Shown one piece after another: positions 6,875-15,530 of a stretch of 15,530 nucleotides of DNA. The stretch covers positions 1 to 15,530 of the forward strand of contig JBGSIV010000281.1 in NCBI GenBank assembly GCA_041742355.1. The letters run 5' to 3'. How positions within the stretch are numbered: position 1 is the first letter of the stretch; every line of letters starts with the position of its first letter. Source of the stretch: Candidatus Zixiibacteriota bacterium. Its GTDB lineage: Bacteria > Zixibacteria > MSB-5A5 > GN15 > FEB-12. The notes beneath the pieces are model-generated. The model ran no database searches, was not told the DNA's origin, and saw only the letters and a list, made by a program, of their open reading frames with translations. The translations under genes were made by a program, and so were the position numbers.

Positions 6875-8718
6875 TGGTTACCTCCCATGTTCTTACGGCG
6901 TGCCAGTACGTGCTCGGCCCGGCGCTTGATATCGGGACGCCACGATCCGGCGTACTTCGCCAGCAGCTTGGCGGCCTTCTCGCTGGGGTTCTGCTCCAGA
7001 GCATCGAATGCCGCCGTCCGCATGAACGTGCGGATTGGGTTGCGCAGCGGATTGTAACGCTCAATGTGCCCCGCAAGGTAGCCCACCGCTTGCTCTCTGC
7101 CGACTCGCGAGTAGGCAATGAGCAGGGCTACCTGCTCCGCGGGATCGAGCTTGCCGAACGACTCCGCCGTAACCACGACCGAGATCGCCGCAAAGGCCTC
7201 GGGTCCGGAAAACGTCATGATCGCCTGCAGGGCCTCGCGATGAATTTCCTCGTCGGCGTCATATACCAGCTGGCGCAGGATATCGAGAACCCTGGGATCG
7301 TCACTGTGGCGCTTCAGCGCCTCGATCAGTTCGATGCGGACCCGGCGGTCCTCGTGTTTGATGGCGTGACTCAGGTGTTGCAGCGCCCGATCATCGCCGA
7401 TGTGCCCCAGGATCATCACCGAGTTGCGCACCACATACCACCGCTTGTCATAGATGCCCTTGGCGAGGATCTCTTCCTTCCCCCGACCCCGCTCGACAAG
7501 GTAGGCGCAGAGCGTATCACGATGCGGCCGGTGCTCCAGCTCACCGAGCAGGTCGGTGATACCGCTGAGCGCCTGCCAGTCGAAAACATCGAGGTAGCGG
7601 CGCAAATCGTCGCCGTTGATATCGGCCTTTTCATTCAGGGCGGTCGTGACCAGATGCAACCGGTCGCGGCTTCCTGCGGTTACCAGAATATCATCTATGC
7701 GCTCGGTCCAGCGCGGTTTCTCGCTGCGGATGCGTTTCCCGAGCATGCGCAGGGAGATCAGCAGAAAGGCCGCTTCGGCAAGCTTGCCCTGCTTGATGTA
7801 CTCGCTCAGAATCCGCTCGCAAATAATCGCCGTCTCGCCAAACCCCTTGAGAGTGGTCTCCTGCATCAGCAGTTCTACCAGCATCACGGTGGTTGACTCA
7901 TACATGTCGAATACGGCGTCCTCGGCCAGGAGCTGCTCGAGTCGGCGGAGTTCTTCGCGGCTGGCCTTCAGTTCGGCCACAATGACCGCCTGGCTTGGCA
8001 GCGGCTGCGGAGGGAGATTCCCCAGCCCCATGGCTTCCATCGCCTCCTGGGCGTGGAGTTTTTCGGCCTCGGCCCGGTCTATATTGAAGAGGGCCGAGGG
8101 CGGCAGGTTGCCGTCAACCGTGGGATTGATCCGCTCCCGGTCGAGATCCTCTGCATTCAAGAATACCGCTTCGTACAACCCGGCATCGAGTCGGCCCGAC
8201 TCCGTGAGGCGCTTGTCGTCCTCGTTCTGGAAATACTCCTGGATACGGAAGTTGACATCGTACTCGGCCAGGGCAATGTCCTCGGCCGACTGAAACGCAA
8301 ATCCGCCGATATTCTCCTCCCATAGGAGCGCAGGGAGATCCTGGCTCTCAGCCGGCGCGGTCAGGTAAGTCCGCAGCGTGTCGAGCAGGCGGTTGAGGCC
8401 GTCGACCGATAACCCCCGATGGAAGGTGAATTCTGTAATACCGGCGCTGAAGAAGATCCCGGCGAGATTGTCTTCCCTGGATTTGTCCCGGTGAACGATC
8501 GCCCCCTGGTACAACAGGGACGCCCGGTCGACCGAGAGGCGGAGTTCGCCGACATCGTCAACCAGATCCAGCAGGCGACCGGCCAGCGACTGCCGGAGCG
8601 ACTGCGGCAGCGAGTTGTTCTCCGGGTACATGCAAACCGCTTTGATCGTGCGCAGGAAGTCACGCAGGATCAGGGAGATGTCCTGATGAGGGGTATTTTC
8701 TGGCAACGGCATTTCCAT
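6871..8718 (-). CDS. HEAT-repeat protein with an uncharacterised N-terminal domain (615 aa)
   Basis: C-terminal HEAT-like repeats: DKRWYVVRNSVMILGHIG, HEDRRVRIELIEAL, DADEEIHREALQAI. AAGGAG Shine-Dalgarno at 8731-8736. Confidence 0.88.
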   Translation of the reverse strand: MEMPLPENTPHQDISLILRDFLRTIKAVCMYPENNSLPQSLRQSLAGRLLDLVDDVGELRLSVDRASLLYQGAIVHRDKSREDNLAGIFFSAGITEFTFHRGLSVDGLNRLLDTLRTYLTAPAESQDLPALLWEENIGGFAFQSAEDIALAEYDVNFRIQEYFQNEDDKRLTESGRLDAGLYEAVFLNAEDLDRERINPTVDGNLPPSALFNIDRAEAEKLHAQEAMEAMGLGNLPPQPLPSQAVIVAELKASREELRRLEQLLAEDAVFDMYESTTVMLVELLMQETTLKGFGETAIICERILSEYIKQGKLAEAAFLLISLRMLGKRIRSEKPRWTERIDDILVTAGSRDRLHLVTTALNEKADINGDDLRRYLDVFDWQALSGITDLLGELEHRPHRDTLCAYLVERGRGKEEILAKGIYDKRWYVVRNSVMILGHIGDDRALQHLSHAIKHEDRRVRIELIEALKRHSDDPRVLDILRQLVYDADEEIHREALQAIMTFSGPEAFAAISVVVTAESFGKLDPAEQVALLIAYSRVGREQAVGYLAGHIERYNPLRNPIRTFMRTAAFDALEQNPSEKAAKLLAKYAGSWRPDIKRRAEHVLARRKNMGGNQ

Positions 8719-8742
8719 GGTTAGAGTCTACTCCTTCGTCAT

Positions 8743-8770
8743 ATATCGGCAGGAGGTCGCCAGTCCTTGA
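8743..8770 (-). promoter_or_regulatory. Putative sigma28 (FliA/SigD/WhiG)-type promoter for the HEAT/HD-GYP operon
   Basis: Minus strand reads TCAAG-N15-GCCGATAT, located between the upstream terminator and the Shine-Dalgarno. Confidence 0.65.
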
Positions 8771-8782
8771 AGAACTGGCCGG

Positions 8783-8817
8783 AAAAACCGAAAGCCCGGC
8801 TTGTGGCCGGGCTTTCG
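8783..8817 (-). terminator. Rho-independent terminator of the nucleotide-sugar operon
   Basis: 12-bp stem CGAAAGCCCGGC (8789-8800) / GCCGGGCTTTCG (8806-8817) with a 5-nt loop, followed on the minus strand by GTTTTT. It lies 25 nt after the stop codon. Confidence 0.85.
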
Positions 8818-8842
8818 TGGTTTCGGGCTGTCGGACAGGAAC

Positions 8843-10192
8843 TTAGAGTACTTCGATCTTCTTACGTCCGTTCTTCACCGCTTTGCAGGCATTCCGCGTA
8901 TCGAAGATCACCTTGGAGTTATCAACGATCCACTGGTAGTCGAACTTCGCGTGGTTGGTCACGATCACGACCAGGTCCGCCTTCTGAAGCAGCTCCACCG
9001 TCAGCTTGGTCGACTTCCGGCGCTCCCCTTCCCAGTCGATCGAATCGACATACGGGTCGTTGAAAACAACCTTGGCGCCCCGATCCTCCAGCAGCTTGAT
9101 GACATCGAGCGCCGGTGATTCGCGCACATCCTTGATGTTGGCCTTGTAGGCAATCCCGAGCACGACGATGTTGGACTTGTTGAGAGCCTTGGCGAACCGG
9201 GCGCTCAGAAGCCGCCCCGCCCGCTCGACCACGTATTCGGGCATGGAAGAATTAATGTCGCCGGCCAGTTCGATGAACCGGGCGTAGTAGTTGAGCGACT
9301 TGAGCTTCCATGACAGGTAGTGCGGGTCGATGGGGATACAGTGCCCGCCCAGACCGGGGCCGGGATAGAACGGCATGAAGCCGAACGGCTTGGTCGCCGC
9401 GGCATCGATGATCTCCCAGACATTCAACCCGAGGCGGTCGCACATCAGCGCAACCTCGTTAACCAGGCCGATATTTACCGAGCGGAACGTGTTCTCCAGC
9501 AGCTTGACCATTTCAGCCGCCTGCGTTGACGACACTGCGTAGATATCGGGAATCGTCTGCTCGTAAAACGCCTTGGCCACTTGCGTGCATTCGGGCGTTA
9601 CGCCGCCGACTACCCGCGGTGTATTCCTCGTCTGGAACCGCGGATTGCCCGGATCGACTCTTTCGGGTGAGAAGGCCAGGAAGAAGTCCTTGCCGACTTT
9701 GAACCCGTTTTCCTCGAGCAACGGCAGAATCAGCTCTTCGGTGGTGCCGGGGTAGGTGGTCGATTCGAGCACCACCAGCGCCCCGCGCTTCAGATGCGCC
9801 TTGACGCTGTTGACCGCGGTGAGGATGAAGGAGACATCGGGATCCTTGGTCTTGGAAAGCGGCGTCGGGACGCAAATCGAGATCGTGTCCATCTGTGCCA
9901 GATGCTTGAAATCAGTCGTCGCGCAGAATTTCCCCGCCGACACCATGCTTTTGACCTCGGCATCCGGAACATCGTCGATATCGGACTTGCCGCTGTTGAG
10001 CAGCTTCACCTTGTTCGCGGCGATATCAAAGCCGGTTACGTTGAAGCCCGCATGAGTGAGTTCAACGGCGAGCGGCAGACCAACGTAGCCGAGGCCGACC
10101 ACGCCGGCTTTCGCCTTCTTGTTCTTGATCTTCTCGATGAGTTCCTGATAGGAAGAAGAGCCGCCGGTAGTGCGTGCAATTTTCCTGGCCAT
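8843..10192 (-). CDS. Nucleotide-sugar dehydrogenase, UDP-N-acetylhexosamine C6 dehydrogenase (WbpA/WbpO-like) (449 aa)
   Basis: Motifs GLGYVGLPLA, ICVPTP, LESTTYPGTT, AFSPERVDPGN, AEMVKLLENTFR, GPGLGGHCIPIDP and GIAYKANIKDVRESP. GGAGA Shine-Dalgarno. Confidence 0.95.
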   Translation of the reverse strand: MARKIARTTGGSSSYQELIEKIKNKKAKAGVVGLGYVGLPLAVELTHAGFNVTGFDIAANKVKLLNSGKSDIDDVPDAEVKSMVSAGKFCATTDFKHLAQMDTISICVPTPLSKTKDPDVSFILTAVNSVKAHLKRGALVVLESTTYPGTTEELILPLLEENGFKVGKDFFLAFSPERVDPGNPRFQTRNTPRVVGGVTPECTQVAKAFYEQTIPDIYAVSSTQAAEMVKLLENTFRSVNIGLVNEVALMCDRLGLNVWEIIDAAATKPFGFMPFYPGPGLGGHCIPIDPHYLSWKLKSLNYYARFIELAGDINSSMPEYVVERAGRLLSARFAKALNKSNIVVLGIAYKANIKDVRESPALDVIKLLEDRGAKVVFNDPYVDSIDWEGERRKSTKLTVELLQKADLVVIVTNHAKFDYQWIVDNSKVIFDTRNACKAVKNGRKKIEVL

Positions 10193-10207
10193 ACTAGTTT
10201 TCTCCAG

Positions 10208-11188
10208 TCACCCTTTACGGTTCTGAGCGGTCAACAGTTCCTGCCACCAGGCAAACGTGTCCCGCAGTGTTTCCTTAAGTCTATATCGGACTGCAAATCC
10301 CAGTTCTTCAATGGCGCGACGGTTGGACCCACGCAGGACGGGGATATCGGCCTTGCGCAGTTTGTCCTTGTCCACCGCCACCGCTACCTTTTTCGACGTT
10401 AATCCGGTGAGCGTTTTGAGCACCGTGCCGATTGATACCGCCCTGCCGGAGCACAGATGGTAGGCTTGCCCCGGGCGTCCCTGCTCGGCGACCAAGTGGT
10501 AACCCCGGACGATGTCCCGGACATCGCTGAAGTCCCGCTTCGGTGCCAGGTTCCCCACGTGAATCTCGGGGCGCTGCAGCCCCAAGTCAATGGCCGCCAC
10601 CTGACGGGCGAAGTCCGACACCACGAAATCGGGCGCCTGGCGCGGACCGGCGTGATTGAACGGGCGCGCGATCGCCACCGGCAAATCGTAACGGCGGACG
10701 TATTGCCGGCAGAGGTATTCGGCTGAGGCTTTCGAGATGCCGTACGGCGAGATGGGGTTGAATGGGTCGTCCTCGGTCAGCGTCCGGTTCTTCGGCATTA
10801 TAACACCATACGCATCACACGATCCGACAAACACGAACTTTTTCAGGTTTGTCACCTCCCGGGCGGCCGCGAGCATATTCAGTGTTCCCTCAAAATTCAC
10901 CCGGTAGGTCAACCGCTCGCTGCGGAACGACCGGGCCACCGAAGCTATGGCGGCCAGGTGGAAAATGTAGTCGGGCTTGACCTGGCGCAAAGTCGCGGCC
11001 ACTTGATCCGGATCGGTGATATCCAGCGGGAGGAGCGTGATGTCGGATGAACAGAGCGAGAGGTTGTCGACCGGTTCATTCTCAAACAGCCCGCCGACCA
11101 CCCGGTAGTTTTCACACAGGAGTTCTTCGGCGAGCCAGGAACCCGCAAACCCGGCCACGCCGGTTATGAAGGCGACCGGTTTCTTCAT
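10208..11188 (-). CDS. rmd: GDP-4-keto-6-deoxy-D-mannose reductase-like extended SDR (probable GDP-D-rhamnose synthase) (326 aa)
   Basis: ATG at 11188 lies 2 nt after the gmd stop. Motifs ITGVAGFAG, HLAA, SPYGISK, RPFNHAGPRQ..DFVVSDFARQVA and GNL..KRDFSDVRDIVRGY. Directly downstream of gmd. Confidence 0.78.
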   Translation of the reverse strand: MKKPVAFITGVAGFAGSWLAEELLCENYRVVGGLFENEPVDNLSLCSSDITLLPLDITDPDQVAATLRQVKPDYIFHLAAIASVARSFRSERLTYRVNFEGTLNMLAAAREVTNLKKFVFVGSCDAYGVIMPKNRTLTEDDPFNPISPYGISKASAEYLCRQYVRRYDLPVAIARPFNHAGPRQAPDFVVSDFARQVAAIDLGLQRPEIHVGNLAPKRDFSDVRDIVRGYHLVAEQGRPGQAYHLCSGRAVSIGTVLKTLTGLTSKKVAVAVDKDKLRKADIPVLRGSNRRAIEELGFAVRYRLKETLRDTFAWWQELLTAQNRKG

Positions 11189-11190
11189 GT

Positions 11191-12171
<981 letters not shown>

Positions 12172-12229
12172 TCAGCGGGGTCGCCCGCTTGCTGTTATGT
12201 TGCGCCGCCACAAGGGCCCTGAATGGCCG

Positions 12230-12258
12230 AATATAGGGGCGCGGCCCGGTTACGTCAA
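12230..12258 (-). promoter_or_regulatory. Near-consensus sigma70 promoter for the gmd operon
   Basis: Minus strand reads TTGACG-N17-TATATT, 73 nt upstream of the gmd ATG. Confidence 0.75.
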
Positions 12259-12357
12259 ATGGAAACAGGACTTGCGTCCCGCCCGGTTTCAGGGTGGCGC
12301 AACCGCACCCGGTTTCCTATATTTTACTCACCGTGCAATTATCCGACAGGAGATCTG

Positions 12358-13344
12358 ATGAAACACCTGGTACTATTCCTCGGAGTAATGCTGTCGGGAC
12401 TGACCGCGGCTGGCATCGACATCAAACCACAAGGAGTGCCCGTGACATCCGGCGACGAAATCACCTCCGATTCCCTGCTCAATCAGGCTGATGCCGAATT
12501 CCAGGCGCGTGACTACGAAAAGGCCCTCCAATCCTACCTCACCGCGATCGACCTTGCCCGCAAGGAGTTCAATCGGTCGGTCGAAACCGAGGCGCTCGCC
12601 CAGGCCGCCCGGATGAGCCTCCTGGGGGATCGCAAGGAACAGGGGCGGGCCTACCTCGATTCGGCCAGGACTATCGCCGACGACTCCGACCCGATGGGGT
12701 GGTCGCGCTTTCTCGGTGTACTCGGGCGGTTCCAGTGGAAAGATGATGAACTGTCGGCTGCCCGAAAAACCTTCGAGCAAATGTACGAATACTGCTCCGT
12801 CAATGCCCTCTACGGCCGGGCGGTCGATGCCGCTCATATGGTGGCTATTGTCGCTGAAACCCCCGAGGATCAGATCGCCTGGGGCTACCGCGGCATCGAA
12901 GCGGCCGAGGCTGCCGATCAGGAACGCTGGTTGGGGCCCCTGTGGAACAACATGGCCGGCACTTACTACGAAAGCAGGCAGTTCGACAGCGCCCTTGCCT
13001 GCTACCTGAAGGCCCGCGATTACCACTGGCGATTCTCCGACGAGACCGCCAAGCTGTTTGCTGATTACCACATCGGCATGACCTTTCGCCGGCTCGGCCA
13101 GTACGACGAAGCGAAGCGCTGGCTGCGGCCGGTTCTCGCCTGGGCCGAACGCCTCGACAATCCTGGCGCGATCGGTCAGGCCTGCGAAGACCTCGGCGAA
13201 GCTATGATCGGCGGCGGAGAGAAAGCTGCCGGTGTACAACTGATGCGCCGCGCTCGCGAAGAATATATCCGGGCGGGTTACGACAAGAACTGGCCGGAAA
13301 TCTGGGAGAACATCAACCGGCGCCTCAAAGAGCTCGGGGGATGA
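12358..13344 (+). CDS. Exported tetratricopeptide-repeat protein (328 aa)
   Basis: ATG at 12358 follows AGGAG; the 12223 start would overlap the gmd promoter. Signal-like N-terminus; TPR-like helices (RDYEKALQSY, LWNNMAGTYY..RQFDSALACY, IGMTFRRLGQYDEA). Confidence 0.85.
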   Translation: MKHLVLFLGVMLSGLTAAGIDIKPQGVPVTSGDEITSDSLLNQADAEFQARDYEKALQSYLTAIDLARKEFNRSVETEALAQAARMSLLGDRKEQGRAYLDSARTIADDSDPMGWSRFLGVLGRFQWKDDELSAARKTFEQMYEYCSVNALYGRAVDAAHMVAIVAETPEDQIAWGYRGIEAAEAADQERWLGPLWNNMAGTYYESRQFDSALACYLKARDYHWRFSDETAKLFADYHIGMTFRRLGQYDEAKRWLRPVLAWAERLDNPGAIGQACEDLGEAMIGGGEKAAGVQLMRRAREEYIRAGYDKNWPEIWENINRRLKELGG

Positions 13345-15422
13345 GAGGCGCAGACAGGCCCATGGGAAAAGACCGCCGTTCATCCGGTACACTTTATTCC
13401 GCGCGACCGTATGTCATCCTGTTCGGGCTGACAGTCGCTGCGTTCTTCCTGGCCGCCTTCGTTCCTCAATGGCGGGTTTGGGGGCTGGGAATTTGGACAT
13501 GCTTCCCCATTGGGATACGCCTGGCGCTTCTCGGTGTGGCTGCCGGAATAGCTGTCGGTGCATATTTCCTGAAGCCCGTGGCGGAACACACGGGGGGGAG
13601 CGGCCGGCACTACATTGCTCTCGCCGCCGTGATTGGTGGGATGCTGGTCGCCCTCATGATCCTGCTCCGGCAGCAGACCCATTTTCTCGGCGATGGATAC
13701 ACGACCCTCGGGTGGCTTGAAGATATCAGGCAAGTCAACAAGGGCCGAAACTACGGCGCACAAATATCACTTCTGACCCTGGCGAAGCTGCTGCCCACCG
13801 ACGCACTGGGTGTCTACCGCACAATTGCCTGGGGGGCGGGTATTCTGGCGGTGGTCGGGACCTTTGCGGCCGCGGCCAGGCTGTTTGATGATTCCATCCG
13901 GCGCGTGCTCTTCGCGCTGGGCGTGCTCAGCGGCGGCTACATGCTGCTGTTCTTCGGTTATGTGGAGAACTACGCGATCTTCGTCCTCATGGTTATCCTG
14001 TTCTGCCTGCTGGGCAGTCTGGCGGCACTCGGACGGATACCGCGATGGTGGATCTTACTGCCGATGGCGGCGGCATCCTTCTACCATATCTTCGGCGTCA
14101 CCTTGCTTCCCGCAGCCGCCTATCTGCTCTTGCAGGACACGGGCATCGGGCGGCGGCTCGACCGCCTGTCCCCTGGAACCCGCTGGTTGCTGGTCGCACT
14201 GGTCGCCATAGCCGGGCTGTTTCTTTTCGCCTGGTTCTACTCCACCAGCTACTTCTTCCGGTTCTCCTTCGTCCCGATTGTCTCGAATCGTTTCACCGTC
14301 GATGGGTACACTCTGCTGTCGCTTCCCCACCTCGCCGATCTTGTCAACCTGCTGGTTCTGCTTTCGCCGGGTATCCTGCTCGTCGCGCTCGCCATCAGGC
14401 ATCGGGGAGTGAAGTACCTGATCGAGCGCCCGGTGTATCGGTTCCTCGGCCTCTCGGCGCTTGGAAGCTGGGGGGCAGCCTTCATCTTCGATCCCAAACT
14501 GGGGATGCCGCGCGACTGGGATCTGTTCTCGCTCACCGGTGTGCCGCTGGTGATCGGGGGAATGCTGGCCGTGCTCGAACTGACTCCCCGGCGGATTCAA
14601 TCGTTTGCGCCGGCTGTCCTCGTGATCGGGCTGAGCATGCTCTCGCTCTGGCCGCGCGTGGTGGTGCAGCATGTACCGGCGCAGGGCATCGCCCAGTTTG
14701 ACATTTACCGCGCACTGGATCCGACGAAGAATCGCAACGGCGGGTACTACATGGTCGAGTACACCCGCCGAACAGCCGGCCCGGCCCAGGCCGACAGCCT
14801 CGCGTTCGCGTGGAACGCCGGACTGCAGGACCAGCAGTACCTGTTTCAGGCCAATCAGTTGGGCGCCCAGGGGAGATTCCGCGAGGCGATCGCTATGTAC
14901 GGCGCCGCGCTCAAAGAGAACCCCGTATACTGGGTGGCGTACACCAATATGGCCGAAGCCTACCTGAACCTCGGCAGATCCGACAGCGCCCTGGAGATGC
15001 TCCGTATCGCCGACGGCCTCAATCCAAGAAGCCCGATCATCATGAGCAACCTGGGGCAGGTGTACAACTACCGAGGAGATACCGAACGGGCTCTCGCCAT
15101 CTGGCGGGAGAGCGCCGCGATCGACTCGAGCTTCCTGCAGCCGCGCCAGTTCCTGGCCAAGCACTACCGCTTGGTGCGCGACAAGGAGCGATGGGTCGCC
15201 ACCATGGAGGAGATCGCCGCGCTGCAGGATGCACCGGAAGACAACCTGGCCGCCTTGGCCGATTACTATGTCTCGGAGCGACGGTTTGCCGACGCCGCAC
15301 CTCTGTACGGAAGGGCGCTGGCTAGTGGGCTCGACAGCGCCCGTGTCCGCGATGTCCTACAGAAGTACCCCGAGCTGGGAGAAGAGCTGACCCGATGGAA
15401 CAGCACCAGGACCGCCGAATAA
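13341..15422 (+). CDS. Polytopic membrane protein (GT-C-fold glycosyltransferase-like) with C-terminal TPRs (693 aa)
   Basis: ATGA overlap with the upstream gene (alternative start at 13362). About a dozen hydrophobic segments with loop motifs HFLGDGY, FFGYVENY, FYH and RDWDLFS. C-terminal TPRs (AYTNMAEAYLNLG, SNLGQVY). The glycosyltransferase role is inferred from architecture. Confidence 0.8.
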   Translation: MRGADRPMGKDRRSSGTLYSARPYVILFGLTVAAFFLAAFVPQWRVWGLGIWTCFPIGIRLALLGVAAGIAVGAYFLKPVAEHTGGSGRHYIALAAVIGGMLVALMILLRQQTHFLGDGYTTLGWLEDIRQVNKGRNYGAQISLLTLAKLLPTDALGVYRTIAWGAGILAVVGTFAAAARLFDDSIRRVLFALGVLSGGYMLLFFGYVENYAIFVLMVILFCLLGSLAALGRIPRWWILLPMAAASFYHIFGVTLLPAAAYLLLQDTGIGRRLDRLSPGTRWLLVALVAIAGLFLFAWFYSTSYFFRFSFVPIVSNRFTVDGYTLLSLPHLADLVNLLVLLSPGILLVALAIRHRGVKYLIERPVYRFLGLSALGSWGAAFIFDPKLGMPRDWDLFSLTGVPLVIGGMLAVLELTPRRIQSFAPAVLVIGLSMLSLWPRVVVQHVPAQGIAQFDIYRALDPTKNRNGGYYMVEYTRRTAGPAQADSLAFAWNAGLQDQQYLFQANQLGAQGRFREAIAMYGAALKENPVYWVAYTNMAEAYLNLGRSDSALEMLRIADGLNPRSPIIMSNLGQVYNYRGDTERALAIWRESAAIDSSFLQPRQFLAKHYRLVRDKERWVATMEEIAALQDAPEDNLAALADYYVSERRFADAAPLYGRALASGLDSARVRDVLQKYPELGEELTRWNSTRTAE

Positions 15423-15530
15423 CGATCGCTCTCGCGGCGGCCTATCTGGTCACACTCGCGCTTATGACCGCGGCTTCGTATGTGCCGCACCTGCGCGTCT
15501 GGGGGATCGCGCCGTGGGCTTTTCTTGACA
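15395..15530 (+). CDS. 5' part of a second membrane protein paralogous to 13341..15422 (runs off the window)
   Basis: The frame from ATG 15395 is open to the window end: MEQHQDRRITIALAAAYLVTLALMTAASYVPHLRVWGIAPWAFLD. It matches AAFVPQWRVWGLGIWTCF of the preceding protein. Purine-rich GGGAGAAGAG lies upstream. Not in the ORF track. Confidence 0.85.
   Translation, partial: MEQHQDRRITIALAAAYLVTLALMTAASYVPHLRVWGIAPWAFLD

Noticed and set aside
12223..12357. N-terminal extensions in the ORF track (starts at 12223, 11290, 3805, 2845, 1222, 927)
   Set aside because: They overlap promoters or neighbouring genes. Downstream ATGs have better Shine-Dalgarno or coupling signals and restore signal peptides or the Rossmann fold at the N-terminus.
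15525..15530. TTGACA at the window end as a -35 element
   Set aside because: It lies inside the open frame from 15395 (codons CTT GAC A) that encodes the paralogous membrane protein.

Overview
GC-rich bacterial genomic DNA with 13 complete CDSs and one 3'-truncated CDS that the ORF track missed. The gene content resembles diderm lineages such as candidate division Zixibacteria, but that is inference only. From left to right: (1) the right end of a probable IS481-family insertion sequence; (2) a hypothetical lipoprotein; (3) an exported peroxiredoxin with an ECF-sigma-like promoter; (4) a UbiA-family decaprenyl-phosphate phosphoribosyltransferase coupled to a lipoprotein, divergent from a DAG-kinase-like gene and a DUF5683-like gene, with both units apparently leaderless; (5) a HEAT-repeat/HD-GYP operon behind a sigma28-like promoter, whose two proteins appear to share an unnamed N-terminal domain; (6) a gmd-rmd-UDP-HexNAc dehydrogenase nucleotide-sugar operon; (7) a divergent operon with an exported TPR protein and tandem paralogous GT-C-like membrane/TPR proteins. 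No rRNA, tRNA or CRISPR array was seen. All family calls come from motif recognition by eye, not database searches.
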